This document shows, in pieces, positions 46,932 through 56,327 of a stretch of 64,000 bases of DNA. Location of the stretch: the NCBI GenBank assembly GCA_016930635.1, contig JAFGGI010000015.1:10254-74253 (forward strand), written 5' to 3'. Every line of letters starts with the position of its first letter. Position 1 is the stretch's first letter. Made by a program: the position numbers and the translations under genes. The notes below the pieces were generated by a model. That model made no database searches and was not told the DNA's origin. It was given only the letters and a program-made list of their open reading frames with translations. The stretch is from Sedimentisphaerales bacterium. GTDB taxonomy: Bacteria > Planctomycetota > Phycisphaerae > Sedimentisphaerales > UBA12454.

Positions 46932-49900
46932 ATGCGTAATAATACCCCGTTAGAGAAAACCGCGAACGTTGATTCGCATTATAGGTCGGCAGTCGTTAGA
47001 GAACGGAGTTCTCTAACGGGGTATATACTTTTTCTGCTGATAATTTTATCAACTCTATGCAGGGTCTTTGCTGTTGAGCCGAGCGGTGCAAGCTTGTTCG
47101 GGGCGGATGATTTGTATCTCAACGGCGAGGTAATAAAAACCTTCCAGTCGCCTACCGGGGAAAATGTTCTCATTTTTGAAGACGGTTTCGAGCTTTTGAT
47201 CGGCGACAATAAACTCACCAGCGACGAGGCCGTAGTCTGGCTCAAAAGCCGGGTCACTGAATATCTCGGCGATGTAAGTGTCGAATATAAAATTTCTGTT
47301 TATCTCCAGGGCAAAGTGAAAGTCGATAGAGGCCCCGGTGCTATGACCAGCGGACTCGATATTGATGAAACAACTGCCGAGGGCCTTGAAGCAATGGTGG
47401 CTGAATTTATTGTGGCCGGCGAAATTTTTGCAACAGCAGAAAAAAGAATTGTTGAAGACCTTCGCACTACACAGCTTTACCGCAACGGACTTGTTGCGAC
47501 AGGCAGAGTTAAGCTTGTACCGGTACCGGCACAAGAAACACCTGCGGTTGTTGTAGAAGCGGAGAAGCCCAACATTCTTGAAAGAATTTTCCCGTCTGAA
47601 CCGAAAGATCAGGCAGCGGGGTTTGAACCTTTACCTGTGCCCGAACCTGGTGTACCGCGATTCCAGTATCCTGTCAACATCAGCGCAATGGGTACAGAAC
47701 AGGTACAGTATGCAAAGGAAACTCTGCCTGACGGCAGTGTTGTCGATATGATTTTGAACAGGTTTTATCTGTGGCAAAAACAGGATGAATCTGGAGGTCT
47801 GCTTGAGTTCCAGGCTGATTCTGCTGTTTTGTTTTATGCCCAGGGACAGGGCGACTCATCCGGCCTTGCCAAAAGCAGCAGTATAAAAGCGATTTATATC
47901 CGCGGCGACATAATCATGACCGAAGGCCAGCGGACGATACGTGCCGATGAGATTTATTATGATTTCCAGAAAAAGCAGTGCCTTGCTGTAAATGCTGTTA
48001 TGAGGCACTATGAGCCTTCCAGGGGTATCCCCATATACTTAAGGGCGGTAAAGCTCAGGCAGGTTACGGAAAATACATTCCACGGCAATGATATAATACT
48101 TTCAAGCAGCGAATTCTATATCCCCCGACTGGCATTGACTGCGTCGGAAGTTGTTATTACAGATAGGGTTACCGTTGACCAGCGGTCCGGCAGGCTCGGC
48201 CCTCACAGCTATGATACGCTGATGGAAGATGTTAAGCTCAAGCTTGACAACAGAACGGTATTTTACTGGCCCAGGCTACGCGGTGATTTTGTAAAACCTG
48301 ATATACCGCTTAAAGCACTGGAGATTAGCAAAGATGGTACTTTCGGCACATCAATCGAATCCGAATGGTATCTTGCCAGGATTCTTGGTCTTAAAGAACC
48401 TGAAGGTGTAGATTCATCTCTTATGGTGGACTACTATTCTAAACGCGGCACAGCAGCCGGTGTTGACATAACATATACAAAAGAAGATTACTTCGGTGGT
48501 ATTAACGGTTACATAATTAAAGACAGAGGTGAGGACGACCTCAGCAGGAACAGACAGGATATTGAGCCTGAAAGAGGTTTAAGGGGTATGCTCAATTTTA
48601 GTCACAGGCATTTTCTGCCGTATAATTGGCAACTTACCCTGGGCTACAGTTATCTTTCTGACGAGACTTATCTGGAATCTTTCCACCGTGAGCAGTACTT
48701 TGCCGGCAGGGGGCAGGAAACCTATATGCATTTGAAATGGCTCAAGGATAACCAGGGCGTTTCAATACTCGGCAAATGGCGGATAAACGACTTTGCCGAC
48801 CAGCTCGAAGAACTTCCTTCAATACAATACCATTTGGCAGGAAAGTCTCTGTTTAACGACAGGTTTACATTATACAGCAATAATACTTTAAGCAGGCTTC
48901 GTCAGCGGGTCGGAGAAAATCATATACTTAATGTTTCTAATGAGATGTTCCTGTTCGGTTCGTCAAGAACTGAATTGGATATGCCGATTAAATTCGGCCC
49001 CAGTGCCAAAATTGTGCCTTATATAGCCGGCACATTTGGCCATGACGAAAGAAACGGCTTTAACCGTAACAGTTCTATCGGCCTTAGCACAGCATTTGGC
49101 CAAGAGAATATCTTTATCGGTGAAATTGGTGCACGTGCCTCGACTCAGTACTGGAAATTATATAAAAATATGCGTTCTAAATTCTGGGATATCAACGGCC
49201 TTCGCCATATTGTAAAGCCTTATGCAACTGCCGCGGCATTTTTTGAAAGTGATGATGTGGTTGACCAGAGAGATATCTTTACCTTTGGTCTTTTGCAGAG
49301 GTGGCAGACTAAACGCGGTATCGGAGACAGGGAAAGGATCCTCGACTGGATGAGGCTTAATATAGAATACACGATGGTTGAAAATGAGTCCGAAGAACCG
49401 GTCCGGGCTGACAAAACTATCTGGAACAATCCGTTTGTACCGCTTGGTGTTACTCTGGCACCGGGTATTTTCAATGGCGATTTAAGCCAGTACAGAAGAT
49501 TCGAGCTTTTCGGACCCCAGAGAGACAGTATTAATGCTGATTATATCTGGCGGATCAGTGACACAATGGCGTTTTTAAGTGACTTTAATTACGATATGAA
49601 GAACAAGGATATTGAGCAGTACAATATAGGCATATCCCGCCTTTGCTGGCCAAACCTGAGTTATTATGTCGGCATTAGGTATCTAAGGAGCGTAGAAATT
49701 GATAATGAGAAGGGCTCACAGGCCCTTACGTTTTCTGCTACCTATAAGATCAATCCCAGATATACCCTTACATTTGCCAACCAGTATGATTTCAAACGTG
49801 ATGGAAGGATAACCAACCAGATATCGCTTATCAGGCAGTATCACAGGCTTTTTTACGGTTTTACCTACACTATGGACGAATCACTTGACAGGCAGACGAT

Positions 49901-49991
49901 AGTTTTTAGTATATGGCCACAGGGAATAGGCGAGATGGGCACAGGCTCGAGAATATTCGAAAGCGAAGAGTCTGAGCCGGACCGTAATTAG
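46932..49991 (+). CDS. lptD: LPS assembly protein LptD (long planctomycete type)
   Basis: IRADEIYYD, LMVDYYSKRG, SDETYLESF, GLRHIVKP, FGLLQRWQTKRG; beta-barrel-like C-terminal half. Confidence 0.85.
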   Translation: MRNNTPLEKTANVDSHYRSAVVRERSSLTGYILFLLIILSTLCRVFAVEPSGASLFGADDLYLNGEVIKTFQSPTGENVLIFEDGFELLIGDNKLTSDEAVVWLKSRVTEYLGDVSVEYKISVYLQGKVKVDRGPGAMTSGLDIDETTAEGLEAMVAEFIVAGEIFATAEKRIVEDLRTTQLYRNGLVATGRVKLVPVPAQETPAVVVEAEKPNILERIFPSEPKDQAAGFEPLPVPEPGVPRFQYPVNISAMGTEQVQYAKETLPDGSVVDMILNRFYLWQKQDESGGLLEFQADSAVLFYAQGQGDSSGLAKSSSIKAIYIRGDIIMTEGQRTIRADEIYYDFQKKQCLAVNAVMRHYEPSRGIPIYLRAVKLRQVTENTFHGNDIILSSSEFYIPRLALTASEVVITDRVTVDQRSGRLGPHSYDTLMEDVKLKLDNRTVFYWPRLRGDFVKPDIPLKALEISKDGTFGTSIESEWYLARILGLKEPEGVDSSLMVDYYSKRGTAAGVDITYTKEDYFGGINGYIIKDRGEDDLSRNRQDIEPERGLRGMLNFSHRHFLPYNWQLTLGYSYLSDETYLESFHREQYFAGRGQETYMHLKWLKDNQGVSILGKWRINDFADQLEELPSIQYHLAGKSLFNDRFTLYSNNTLSRLRQRVGENHILNVSNEMFLFGSSRTELDMPIKFGPSAKIVPYIAGTFGHDERNGFNRNSSIGLSTAFGQENIFIGEIGARASTQYWKLYKNMRSKFWDINGLRHIVKPYATAAAFFESDDVVDQRDIFTFGLLQRWQTKRGIGDRERILDWMRLNIEYTMVENESEEPVRADKTIWNNPFVPLGVTLAPGIFNGDLSQYRRFELFGPQRDSINADYIWRISDTMAFLSDFNYDMKNKDIEQYNIGISRLCWPNLSYYVGIRYLRSVEIDNEKGSQALTFSATYKINPRYTLTFANQYDFKRDGRITNQISLIRQYHRLFYGFTYTMDESLDRQTIVFSIWPQGIGEMGTGSRIFESEESEPDRN
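46942..47024. repeat. Palindromic element, CCCGTTAGA/TCTAACGGG family, copy 2, in frame inside the lptD 5' end
   Basis: Perfect 16-bp IR ataccccgttagagaa/ttctctaacggggtat. Confidence 0.88.
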
Positions 49992-50084
49992 TTAGTCCAG
50001 AATCAGCCGTTGCTGGAGCTGTCAGCACCCTATTTTGAGTATATTTAAGCTGTTAACCGGGTTTTTTTTAAGGAAAGTACGATT

Positions 50085-51035
50085 ATGCCATTAGTTGATA
50101 CGAAAAAAATGTTTGAAATGGCCTATAAAAACGGCTATGCGGTTGGAGCGTTCAATGTAAATAATATGGAAATCACGCAGGGTATTATTGAAGCAGCTGC
50201 TGAGAAAAAGGCACCCCTTATTCTGCAGATATCGAGAGGCGCAAGAAAGTATGCGTCAATGAGCTACCTGCGGGCTATTATTGACGTTGCTGTTGCAGAA
50301 AACCCCGATATTCCGATTGCTATGCATCTCGACCACGGTGATACGTTTGAAGTCTGCAAGCAATGTGTTGATGATGGTTTTACTTCAGTGATGATTGACG
50401 CCTCACATCTTCCTTTTGAGGAAAACATTAAGCTCACAAAAAAAGTTGTCGAATATGCTCATTGGAACAACGTTGTTGTTGAGGCAGAACTGGGACAGCT
50501 TGGCGGAATTGAGGAAGATGTCGTCGGTGTTTCACATGATGACCTGGAAAGCCACCTGACCGATCCCGACCAGGCGGTTGAATTTGTTCAGAAAACCGAA
50601 TGTGATTCTCTCGCGGTTGCCTGCGGCACAAGCCATGGTGCCTATAAGTTTAAATCTGAACCGAAGCTTGCTTTTGACGTAATACAAAAGGTTGCTGATA
50701 AGCTTCCCGGTTTTCCACTGGTAATGCATGGTTCCAGCAGTGTTTTGAAGGAATTTAAAGACCTGATTAACAAATATGGCGGCCAGATGCCGGATGCAAT
50801 GGGTGTGCCGGAAGATGCCATACAGAAAGCTTCTAAGATGGCTGTATGCAAAGTGAATATTGATACCGACCTTCGTATGGCTATGACTGCTAAGATTCGC
50901 CAGGTGTTTGCTGAAAGTCCTGCTGAGTTTGACCCGCGAAAGTACCTTGGACCGGCCAGAGAAGCTATTAAAGCAATGGTGCTGCACAAACTTGATGTTC
51001 TCGGTTGTGCAGACAGGGCGGCCCAGTGCCTCTAA
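50085..51035 (+). CDS. fba: Class II fructose-bisphosphate aldolase
   Basis: YAVGAFNVNNME, HLDHG, SVMIDAS, VEAELG, GTSHGAYK, LVMHGSS, KVNIDTD, FDPRKYL. Confidence 0.96.
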   Translation: MPLVDTKKMFEMAYKNGYAVGAFNVNNMEITQGIIEAAAEKKAPLILQISRGARKYASMSYLRAIIDVAVAENPDIPIAMHLDHGDTFEVCKQCVDDGFTSVMIDASHLPFEENIKLTKKVVEYAHWNNVVVEAELGQLGGIEEDVVGVSHDDLESHLTDPDQAVEFVQKTECDSLAVACGTSHGAYKFKSEPKLAFDVIQKVADKLPGFPLVMHGSSSVLKEFKDLINKYGGQMPDAMGVPEDAIQKASKMAVCKVNIDTDLRMAMTAKIRQVFAESPAEFDPRKYLGPAREAIKAMVLHKLDVLGCADRAAQCL

Positions 51036-51140
51036 ATTATATGATTGTTAGTTAAATCCGATTAACGCTGGCCTGTGTGTTTCCTGGCAGATAATAAAGC
51101 CGGCAGGTCCTTTTGATTGAGCCTTTTGGGAAAACTACGA

Positions 51141-53294
51141 ATGAAAAGAGCCGTAATACCTATTCTTGTATTGTTTTTTACTGCCTGGCCGGCATTTGCA
51201 ATGTCATCTCGTCCCAGGGTTTTTTCCGTACCTAAACCGACTCCGGTCAAACAAATATCAGATAATGCCGCATCTGTTCTGGTAAAAAATGTTGTACAGG
51301 AAATCTGCAGAGGCAAATTCGATGCTGCAGAAAACATCCTTTCAAGGACCAATTCAACTGATGCGAAGATCGCGGCACTGGCCGATATAGTTTCACAGTA
51401 TAAACAGATCGACCTCGACAGAGAAAAGACCAGGCAGCAGAAGCTTGTTGAACAGCTTGCCGAAATCGAACAGCTCAAAACTCGATATGAGGTAAATGAA
51501 CCTAATCTTTCAGAAGCTTTTCCTGTAATTATTCGGGCCCATGAATTTGCAGATGATACACAGAAGGAACAGATACTGGCTGATGAATTTGTCCAGAGAG
51601 TATTTACTACTGCCCGGCAAAAGGCTGGGGAATTCGAAGCCAAAGGCCAGTGGCTTGATTCACTTATCTATTGTTATAGCTGGCTTTCGATAATTTATAA
51701 GGATGATAAGGCTATTCTGGCCAAGAAAGAAGAACTGGAAGATAAAGCGCTTATGCAGGCTTCTCTGGTTGAAAATCCCTGTGAAACAGGCGCCGAACAC
51801 AATCCGGAAAAGATAAAAGCGGAAATGTTTATTCGCAGTCTTGATGTTCTTGAGTATGGTTATGTAGAGCCCTTTTATTACAGCAGTATGACCGAAGAAG
51901 TGTTTAAGCAGTATCGCTATCTTGCTGATATTTTATACCGCTATGATGCTAACGGCAGCGATCTTACAGTTACTTTTTTAAAGGATAAGATCCCTGATTT
52001 TGTCGCAGGACTTGATTCGTTGAAAAAAGAGTACAATTCAGAACTTCCGGGTTTGAGCAGAGACCAGTTCGTAAAATTGTTTAACCAGGTTCTGGAATTA
52101 AATTCATCGACAATACAACTGCCTAAACAGACTATGATATCGCACTTTGCCGGAGCGTCATTGGGAGCACTTGACCCTCATACTACACTTGTCTGGCCAA
52201 AGGAAAAGGAAGAGTTTGATAAGAGCTTGACCAATGAATTTACCGGTATAGGCGTTGAGATTTCCAAAGCGGATGGTTTTCTGCGTGCAGTAAGTCTTTT
52301 GCCCGGCACGCCGGCATATAATTCAGGCATGGATATCGACGATATAATCGAAGAAATTAATGGCGAAAAAACACGAGATATGCCAATCACCTGTGCGGTA
52401 AGTAAGATTACCGGTCCTGCAGGTACAAAAGTTGTGCTTACAATTCGTCGAGCCAATGAAGAGAAACCCCGAGAATTTGAAATTACAAGAGCTAAGATCG
52501 TAGTTCCGACAACTCGAGGATGGTTGAGAGATGCTTCGAATAACTGGTTATACTTTGTTGATGACAGGGACAAAGTAGGTTATGTCCGGGTTACGAATTT
52601 TTCAGCATCTACAGCTGCCGATGTTGACAAGATCATTAATGACCTTGAAAGACAGGGTCTTAAAGCATTGATTTTAGACCTGAGATTTAATACAGGCGGT
52701 TATCTGCAAAGCGCTGCGGACATAAGCGATATGTTTATCAAGAAAGGGATTATTGTCAGTATGCAGCCGAGAGTTGGTCTTCCAAGCTGGGAAGCTGCTC
52801 ACCTCAAGGGTACTCGTCCGGATTACCCTCTTGTTGTTATGATCAATTCCTCCTCGGCAAGTGCAGCTGAAATTGTCGCAGGCGCCTTGTCGGATAAAAC
52901 GTATTCAAGAGCCACTCTCGTCGGCGAGCAGAGTTATGGTAAAGGCAGTGTTCAGACGGTAACAAGTTATCCCGGCGACGGTTCCCAGTTGAAATATACA
53001 ATGGCTTATTATCATCTGCCTGACGGCAGCAAGGTTAAGAGCCGTTACGCAATGGAAAAACTTGGAAGAACAGACTGGGGGATAATGCCGGATGTGAAAA
53101 TAGAACTTCGTAGTGACGAAAGTAAAGAAATGCTTGATGTTCAGCGTGACAATGAAGTACTGGCCTCGGCGGTCCATGATGATACTAAGACAAAACTGGC
53201 CAGACATGGTCTTGAGGAAATATTAGAGGCAGATCGTCAGCTTGCAGTTGCAATTCTGGTTGCAAAGGCGAAATTAATTGGTGCGGAAAATTAA
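51141..53294 (+). CDS. S41 C-terminal processing peptidase with PDZ domain
   Basis: LDPHT, FTGIGVEI, LILDLRFNTGG, SASAAEIVAGAL, SYGKGSVQ; signal peptide from ATG 51141. Confidence 0.92.
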   Translation: MKRAVIPILVLFFTAWPAFAMSSRPRVFSVPKPTPVKQISDNAASVLVKNVVQEICRGKFDAAENILSRTNSTDAKIAALADIVSQYKQIDLDREKTRQQKLVEQLAEIEQLKTRYEVNEPNLSEAFPVIIRAHEFADDTQKEQILADEFVQRVFTTARQKAGEFEAKGQWLDSLIYCYSWLSIIYKDDKAILAKKEELEDKALMQASLVENPCETGAEHNPEKIKAEMFIRSLDVLEYGYVEPFYYSSMTEEVFKQYRYLADILYRYDANGSDLTVTFLKDKIPDFVAGLDSLKKEYNSELPGLSRDQFVKLFNQVLELNSSTIQLPKQTMISHFAGASLGALDPHTTLVWPKEKEEFDKSLTNEFTGIGVEISKADGFLRAVSLLPGTPAYNSGMDIDDIIEEINGEKTRDMPITCAVSKITGPAGTKVVLTIRRANEEKPREFEITRAKIVVPTTRGWLRDASNNWLYFVDDRDKVGYVRVTNFSASTAADVDKIINDLERQGLKALILDLRFNTGGYLQSAADISDMFIKKGIIVSMQPRVGLPSWEAAHLKGTRPDYPLVVMINSSSASAAEIVAGALSDKTYSRATLVGEQSYGKGSVQTVTSYPGDGSQLKYTMAYYHLPDGSKVKSRYAMEKLGRTDWGIMPDVKIELRSDESKEMLDVQRDNEVLASAVHDDTKTKLARHGLEEILEADRQLAVAILVAKAKLIGAEN

Positions 53295-53296
53295 GA

Positions 53297-54754
53297 ATGA
53301 CCGACTCACAGGAAATCAGCAAACTTGAACAGCAAAGAAGGGACAAACTCCGGAAAATAAGAGAGCTTGACATTGACCCTTATGGCGGGCGTTTTGATGA
53401 CGTTGAATCAGCCGATTCGGTTAGAGCAAGGTTTAATGAGAAAGAACCTGAGCAGAGGGCGACCTGTGCAGGCAGAATCGTTCTTCTGCGGGATATCGGT
53501 AAACTCATATTCATAACCCTTCGCGACAGCAGCGGTACGATTCAGCTTGGCCTGAGCAAGAAGCTTCTTGGCGAGCAATGGAAACTGGTCAAACTTCTTG
53601 AGCTTGGCGACCTTGCCGGCGCCCAGGGCCAGCTCGGACTTACAAAGACCGGCGAGCTTACGATATGGGTTGAAAAAATTACTATATTGGCTAAATCCTT
53701 ACTGCCGCCGCCTGAAAAATTCCACGGTCTTGCCGATATCGACCTTCGCTATCGCAGGCGATATGTTGACCTGTGGGCAAATCCCGAATGCCTGGAAAAG
53801 TTCAAAAAGCGAATCGCTGTAATATCAACTATTAGAAGTTTTCTGCAGGACAGAGGCTTTTATGAAGTAGAGACGCCGATGATGCAGTCGATACCGGGCG
53901 GTGCAGCTGCAAAGCCGTTTATCACACATCACAATGCTCTTGATATAGATTTATATCTTCGGATTGCACCGGAGTTATTCCTGAAAAGGCTGCTGACCGG
54001 AGGCCTGGAGAAGGTTTTTGAGATAAACCGCAACTTCCGCAACGAGGGCCTGAGCCCAAGACATAATCCTGAATTTACTATGATGGAAATATATCAGGCT
54101 TACGCTGATTACAATATAATGATGGAACTTACCGAGGATTTGATATCACAGCTTGTCGAAAAACACTGTGACGGCTCGAAGCTTCCCTACGGCGGTGAGC
54201 AGATAGACTACTCCAGACCGTGGAAGAAAGCTTCATATAGCAAGCTGCTTGAAGAATACGCAGGCTGTGATATACATGACATCTCTTCGGTGCGCAAAAA
54301 AGCAAAATTACTCGATATCGAAGAGGCAAAACTGGCAGATGAAATAGTCATAAACGAAGTTTTCGAGACTACGGTGGAAAAGAATCTTATCAATCCAACG
54401 TTTGTGATTGACTATCCTGCCAGGCTCTGTCCTTTAACCAAAAAGAGTAAGTCAAATCCTGAATATGCTGAGAGATTTGAGCTCTATATAGGTGCAATGG
54501 AGATAGCAAACGCATATACCGAGCTTAACGACCCGCAGGTGCAGTATGAAAACTTTGTCTCGCAGTTGACAGGAGCTGACGAAGATGAAAATACCTTCCG
54601 TAACCTTGATGAGGATTTTATAACTTCGCTCAAATACGGAATGCCGCCGGCAGGGGGTCTTGGGATAGGAATTGACAGGCTCATAATGCTCCTTACCAAC
54701 GCGGCAAGTATCAGGGACGTAATATTGTTTCCGTTATTGAAACCGGAGAAATAA
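53297..54754 (+). CDS. lysS: Lysine--tRNA ligase (class II)
   Basis: YRRRYVDL, EVETPMM, GGAAAKPF, LRIAPEL, FRNEG..HNPEFT, YGMPP.GGLGIGIDRL. Confidence 0.97.
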   Translation: MTDSQEISKLEQQRRDKLRKIRELDIDPYGGRFDDVESADSVRARFNEKEPEQRATCAGRIVLLRDIGKLIFITLRDSSGTIQLGLSKKLLGEQWKLVKLLELGDLAGAQGQLGLTKTGELTIWVEKITILAKSLLPPPEKFHGLADIDLRYRRRYVDLWANPECLEKFKKRIAVISTIRSFLQDRGFYEVETPMMQSIPGGAAAKPFITHHNALDIDLYLRIAPELFLKRLLTGGLEKVFEINRNFRNEGLSPRHNPEFTMMEIYQAYADYNIMMELTEDLISQLVEKHCDGSKLPYGGEQIDYSRPWKKASYSKLLEEYAGCDIHDISSVRKKAKLLDIEEAKLADEIVINEVFETTVEKNLINPTFVIDYPARLCPLTKKSKSNPEYAERFELYIGAMEIANAYTELNDPQVQYENFVSQLTGADEDENTFRNLDEDFITSLKYGMPPAGGLGIGIDRLIMLLTNAASIRDVILFPLLKPEK

Positions 54755-54760
54755 TTGGTT

Positions 54761-54844
54761 TATAGCCACTAAGACACGAAGACACAAAGTGTTATTAAAA
54801 CAATTTATATTTATTCTTCGTGTCTTGGTGCCTTGGTGGCTGTA
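54761..54844. repeat. Inverted repeat built from 8-nt units (CACNAAGR)
   Basis: agccactaagacacgaagacacaaag vs cttcgtgtcttggtgccttggtggct, 22/26 Watson-Crick pairs around an AT-rich loop. Confidence 0.8.
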
Positions 54845-54867
54845 GTTTTTACTTCAGGACCGAATAA

Positions 54868-56214
54868 ATGCTCAAGTTTTTCCTGGCTCTGCGATATCTT
54901 AAGAAGAAAAGGATAGTTCTTCTCAGTATCATTTCGGTCGCACTTTCAACTGCACTGCTTGTTACTGTGGCAAGTCTTTTTACAGCTTTTATTGATGCAG
55001 TTGAATCGAGCGCATCCGATTATATGGGTGATATAGTTCTTGAGCCTCCGGCTGAATTTGCACTCAGCGATGAATTAGTTGCCAAACTCTGTGCCGCCAA
55101 AGAAATATCCGCAGCAAGTATGGTGCTTTCAACTAACGGCCTTGTTCACTTCGGCCCGGGCAACGTAAAAGCTGCAACTATCTGGGGAATAGATATTGCC
55201 GAACGCTATAAAGTTACAGGAATGGCAAACAGTCTGCTCAAGCAGGGCAAGCTCCCTTTTGCGCCGAAATTTACGACAGATGCCAATAACGCCGAAACAA
55301 TACCCGCCTTTGTCAGCATAGGTCTTTTTGCCGAGCCTGATACCAAAACCGATGAGTATGATATGCCTTTTGTTGAGTCGTTCATCGGCCAAAATGCGGT
55401 GATAACTGTCGGGATGGCACAACAAGTCGGCCGGGATGACAATCCTTTTGCAGGTTTAAAGAGCCGTTCTGTCAGGATAAATATCAATGATGTGGTTTTC
55501 ACTTCCGTATATGATCTTGACAAGAGATTTATTTTTGTGCCGATTGACAGGTTGTCGGATATTTTAGGCAAAAAGGGACGGGCCCCTGCTAATGTAGTTC
55601 ATATAAAATGCGCCAAGGGTTTCACTCCTGACCAGACAGTTGATGTTGTTAAACAGATATGGTCTGAGTTTGCGGCAGGGGTGCTTAACTGGCCCGCCTT
55701 TTATATTTCTCAGACCGACATTATGACCTCAGTCGCAAAGCAAAGCCAATACACCGCTGAACTTCGCAAGCAGATGGGGGTATTGCTTGTTATTTTCGGA
55801 ATTATCAGTGTAGGTGTGATAGTGCTTGTCTTCTGTATATTCTATATGATAGTAACCTCTAAACGAAAAGACCTCGCCATAATAAAATCCATCGGCGGCT
55901 CATCGGTAACCAGCGCCTCGATCTTCCTGTTCTTCGGCCTGTTCATAGGCCTGATAGGCGCCTGTGGCGGCCTGGCTATCGGTTATGTCTTTATCCGTAA
56001 TATAAATATACTGGAACACTGGATCGGTACTGTCTTTGGACTTAAGCTGTGGAGCAGCAGTATCTATATGTTCGACAGGATACCAAGCAGCTTTGACTGG
56101 TACTGGGCATGGTGGTTTTTCGCAGCGGCAGTTACCGCCTCGGTTCTCGGGGCACTGGCTCCTGCAATAGCTGCGGCAAGAACCAGGCCTGCAGAAATTC
56201 TAAGGTACGAATAA
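54868..56214 (+). CDS. LolC/E-type (FtsX-like) ABC permease
   Basis: FLALRYL, YMIVTSKRKDLAIIKSIG, PAEILRYE. Confidence 0.88.
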   Translation: MLKFFLALRYLKKKRIVLLSIISVALSTALLVTVASLFTAFIDAVESSASDYMGDIVLEPPAEFALSDELVAKLCAAKEISAASMVLSTNGLVHFGPGNVKAATIWGIDIAERYKVTGMANSLLKQGKLPFAPKFTTDANNAETIPAFVSIGLFAEPDTKTDEYDMPFVESFIGQNAVITVGMAQQVGRDDNPFAGLKSRSVRININDVVFTSVYDLDKRFIFVPIDRLSDILGKKGRAPANVVHIKCAKGFTPDQTVDVVKQIWSEFAAGVLNWPAFYISQTDIMTSVAKQSQYTAELRKQMGVLLVIFGIISVGVIVLVFCIFYMIVTSKRKDLAIIKSIGGSSVTSASIFLFFGLFIGLIGACGGLAIGYVFIRNINILEHWIGTVFGLKLWSSSIYMFDRIPSSFDWYWAWWFFAAAVTASVLGALAPAIAAARTRPAEILRYE

Positions 56215-56221
56215 AATGTAT

Positions 56222-56327
56222 CCTGCACCTTCTAAATTTTCATAGAAGGTTAAGGGATTAAAAAGATTAAAATGAATAATTACTTCAATATTATGAATAT
56301 TGAATTGAAATAAACAAAAGGTGCGGG
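56222..56327. repeat. MITE-like element, CCCGCACC/GGTGCGGG family, copy C
   Basis: cctgcacctt ... aaggtgcggg, flanked by ATGTAT direct repeats (56216-56221, 56328-56333). Confidence 0.8.
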
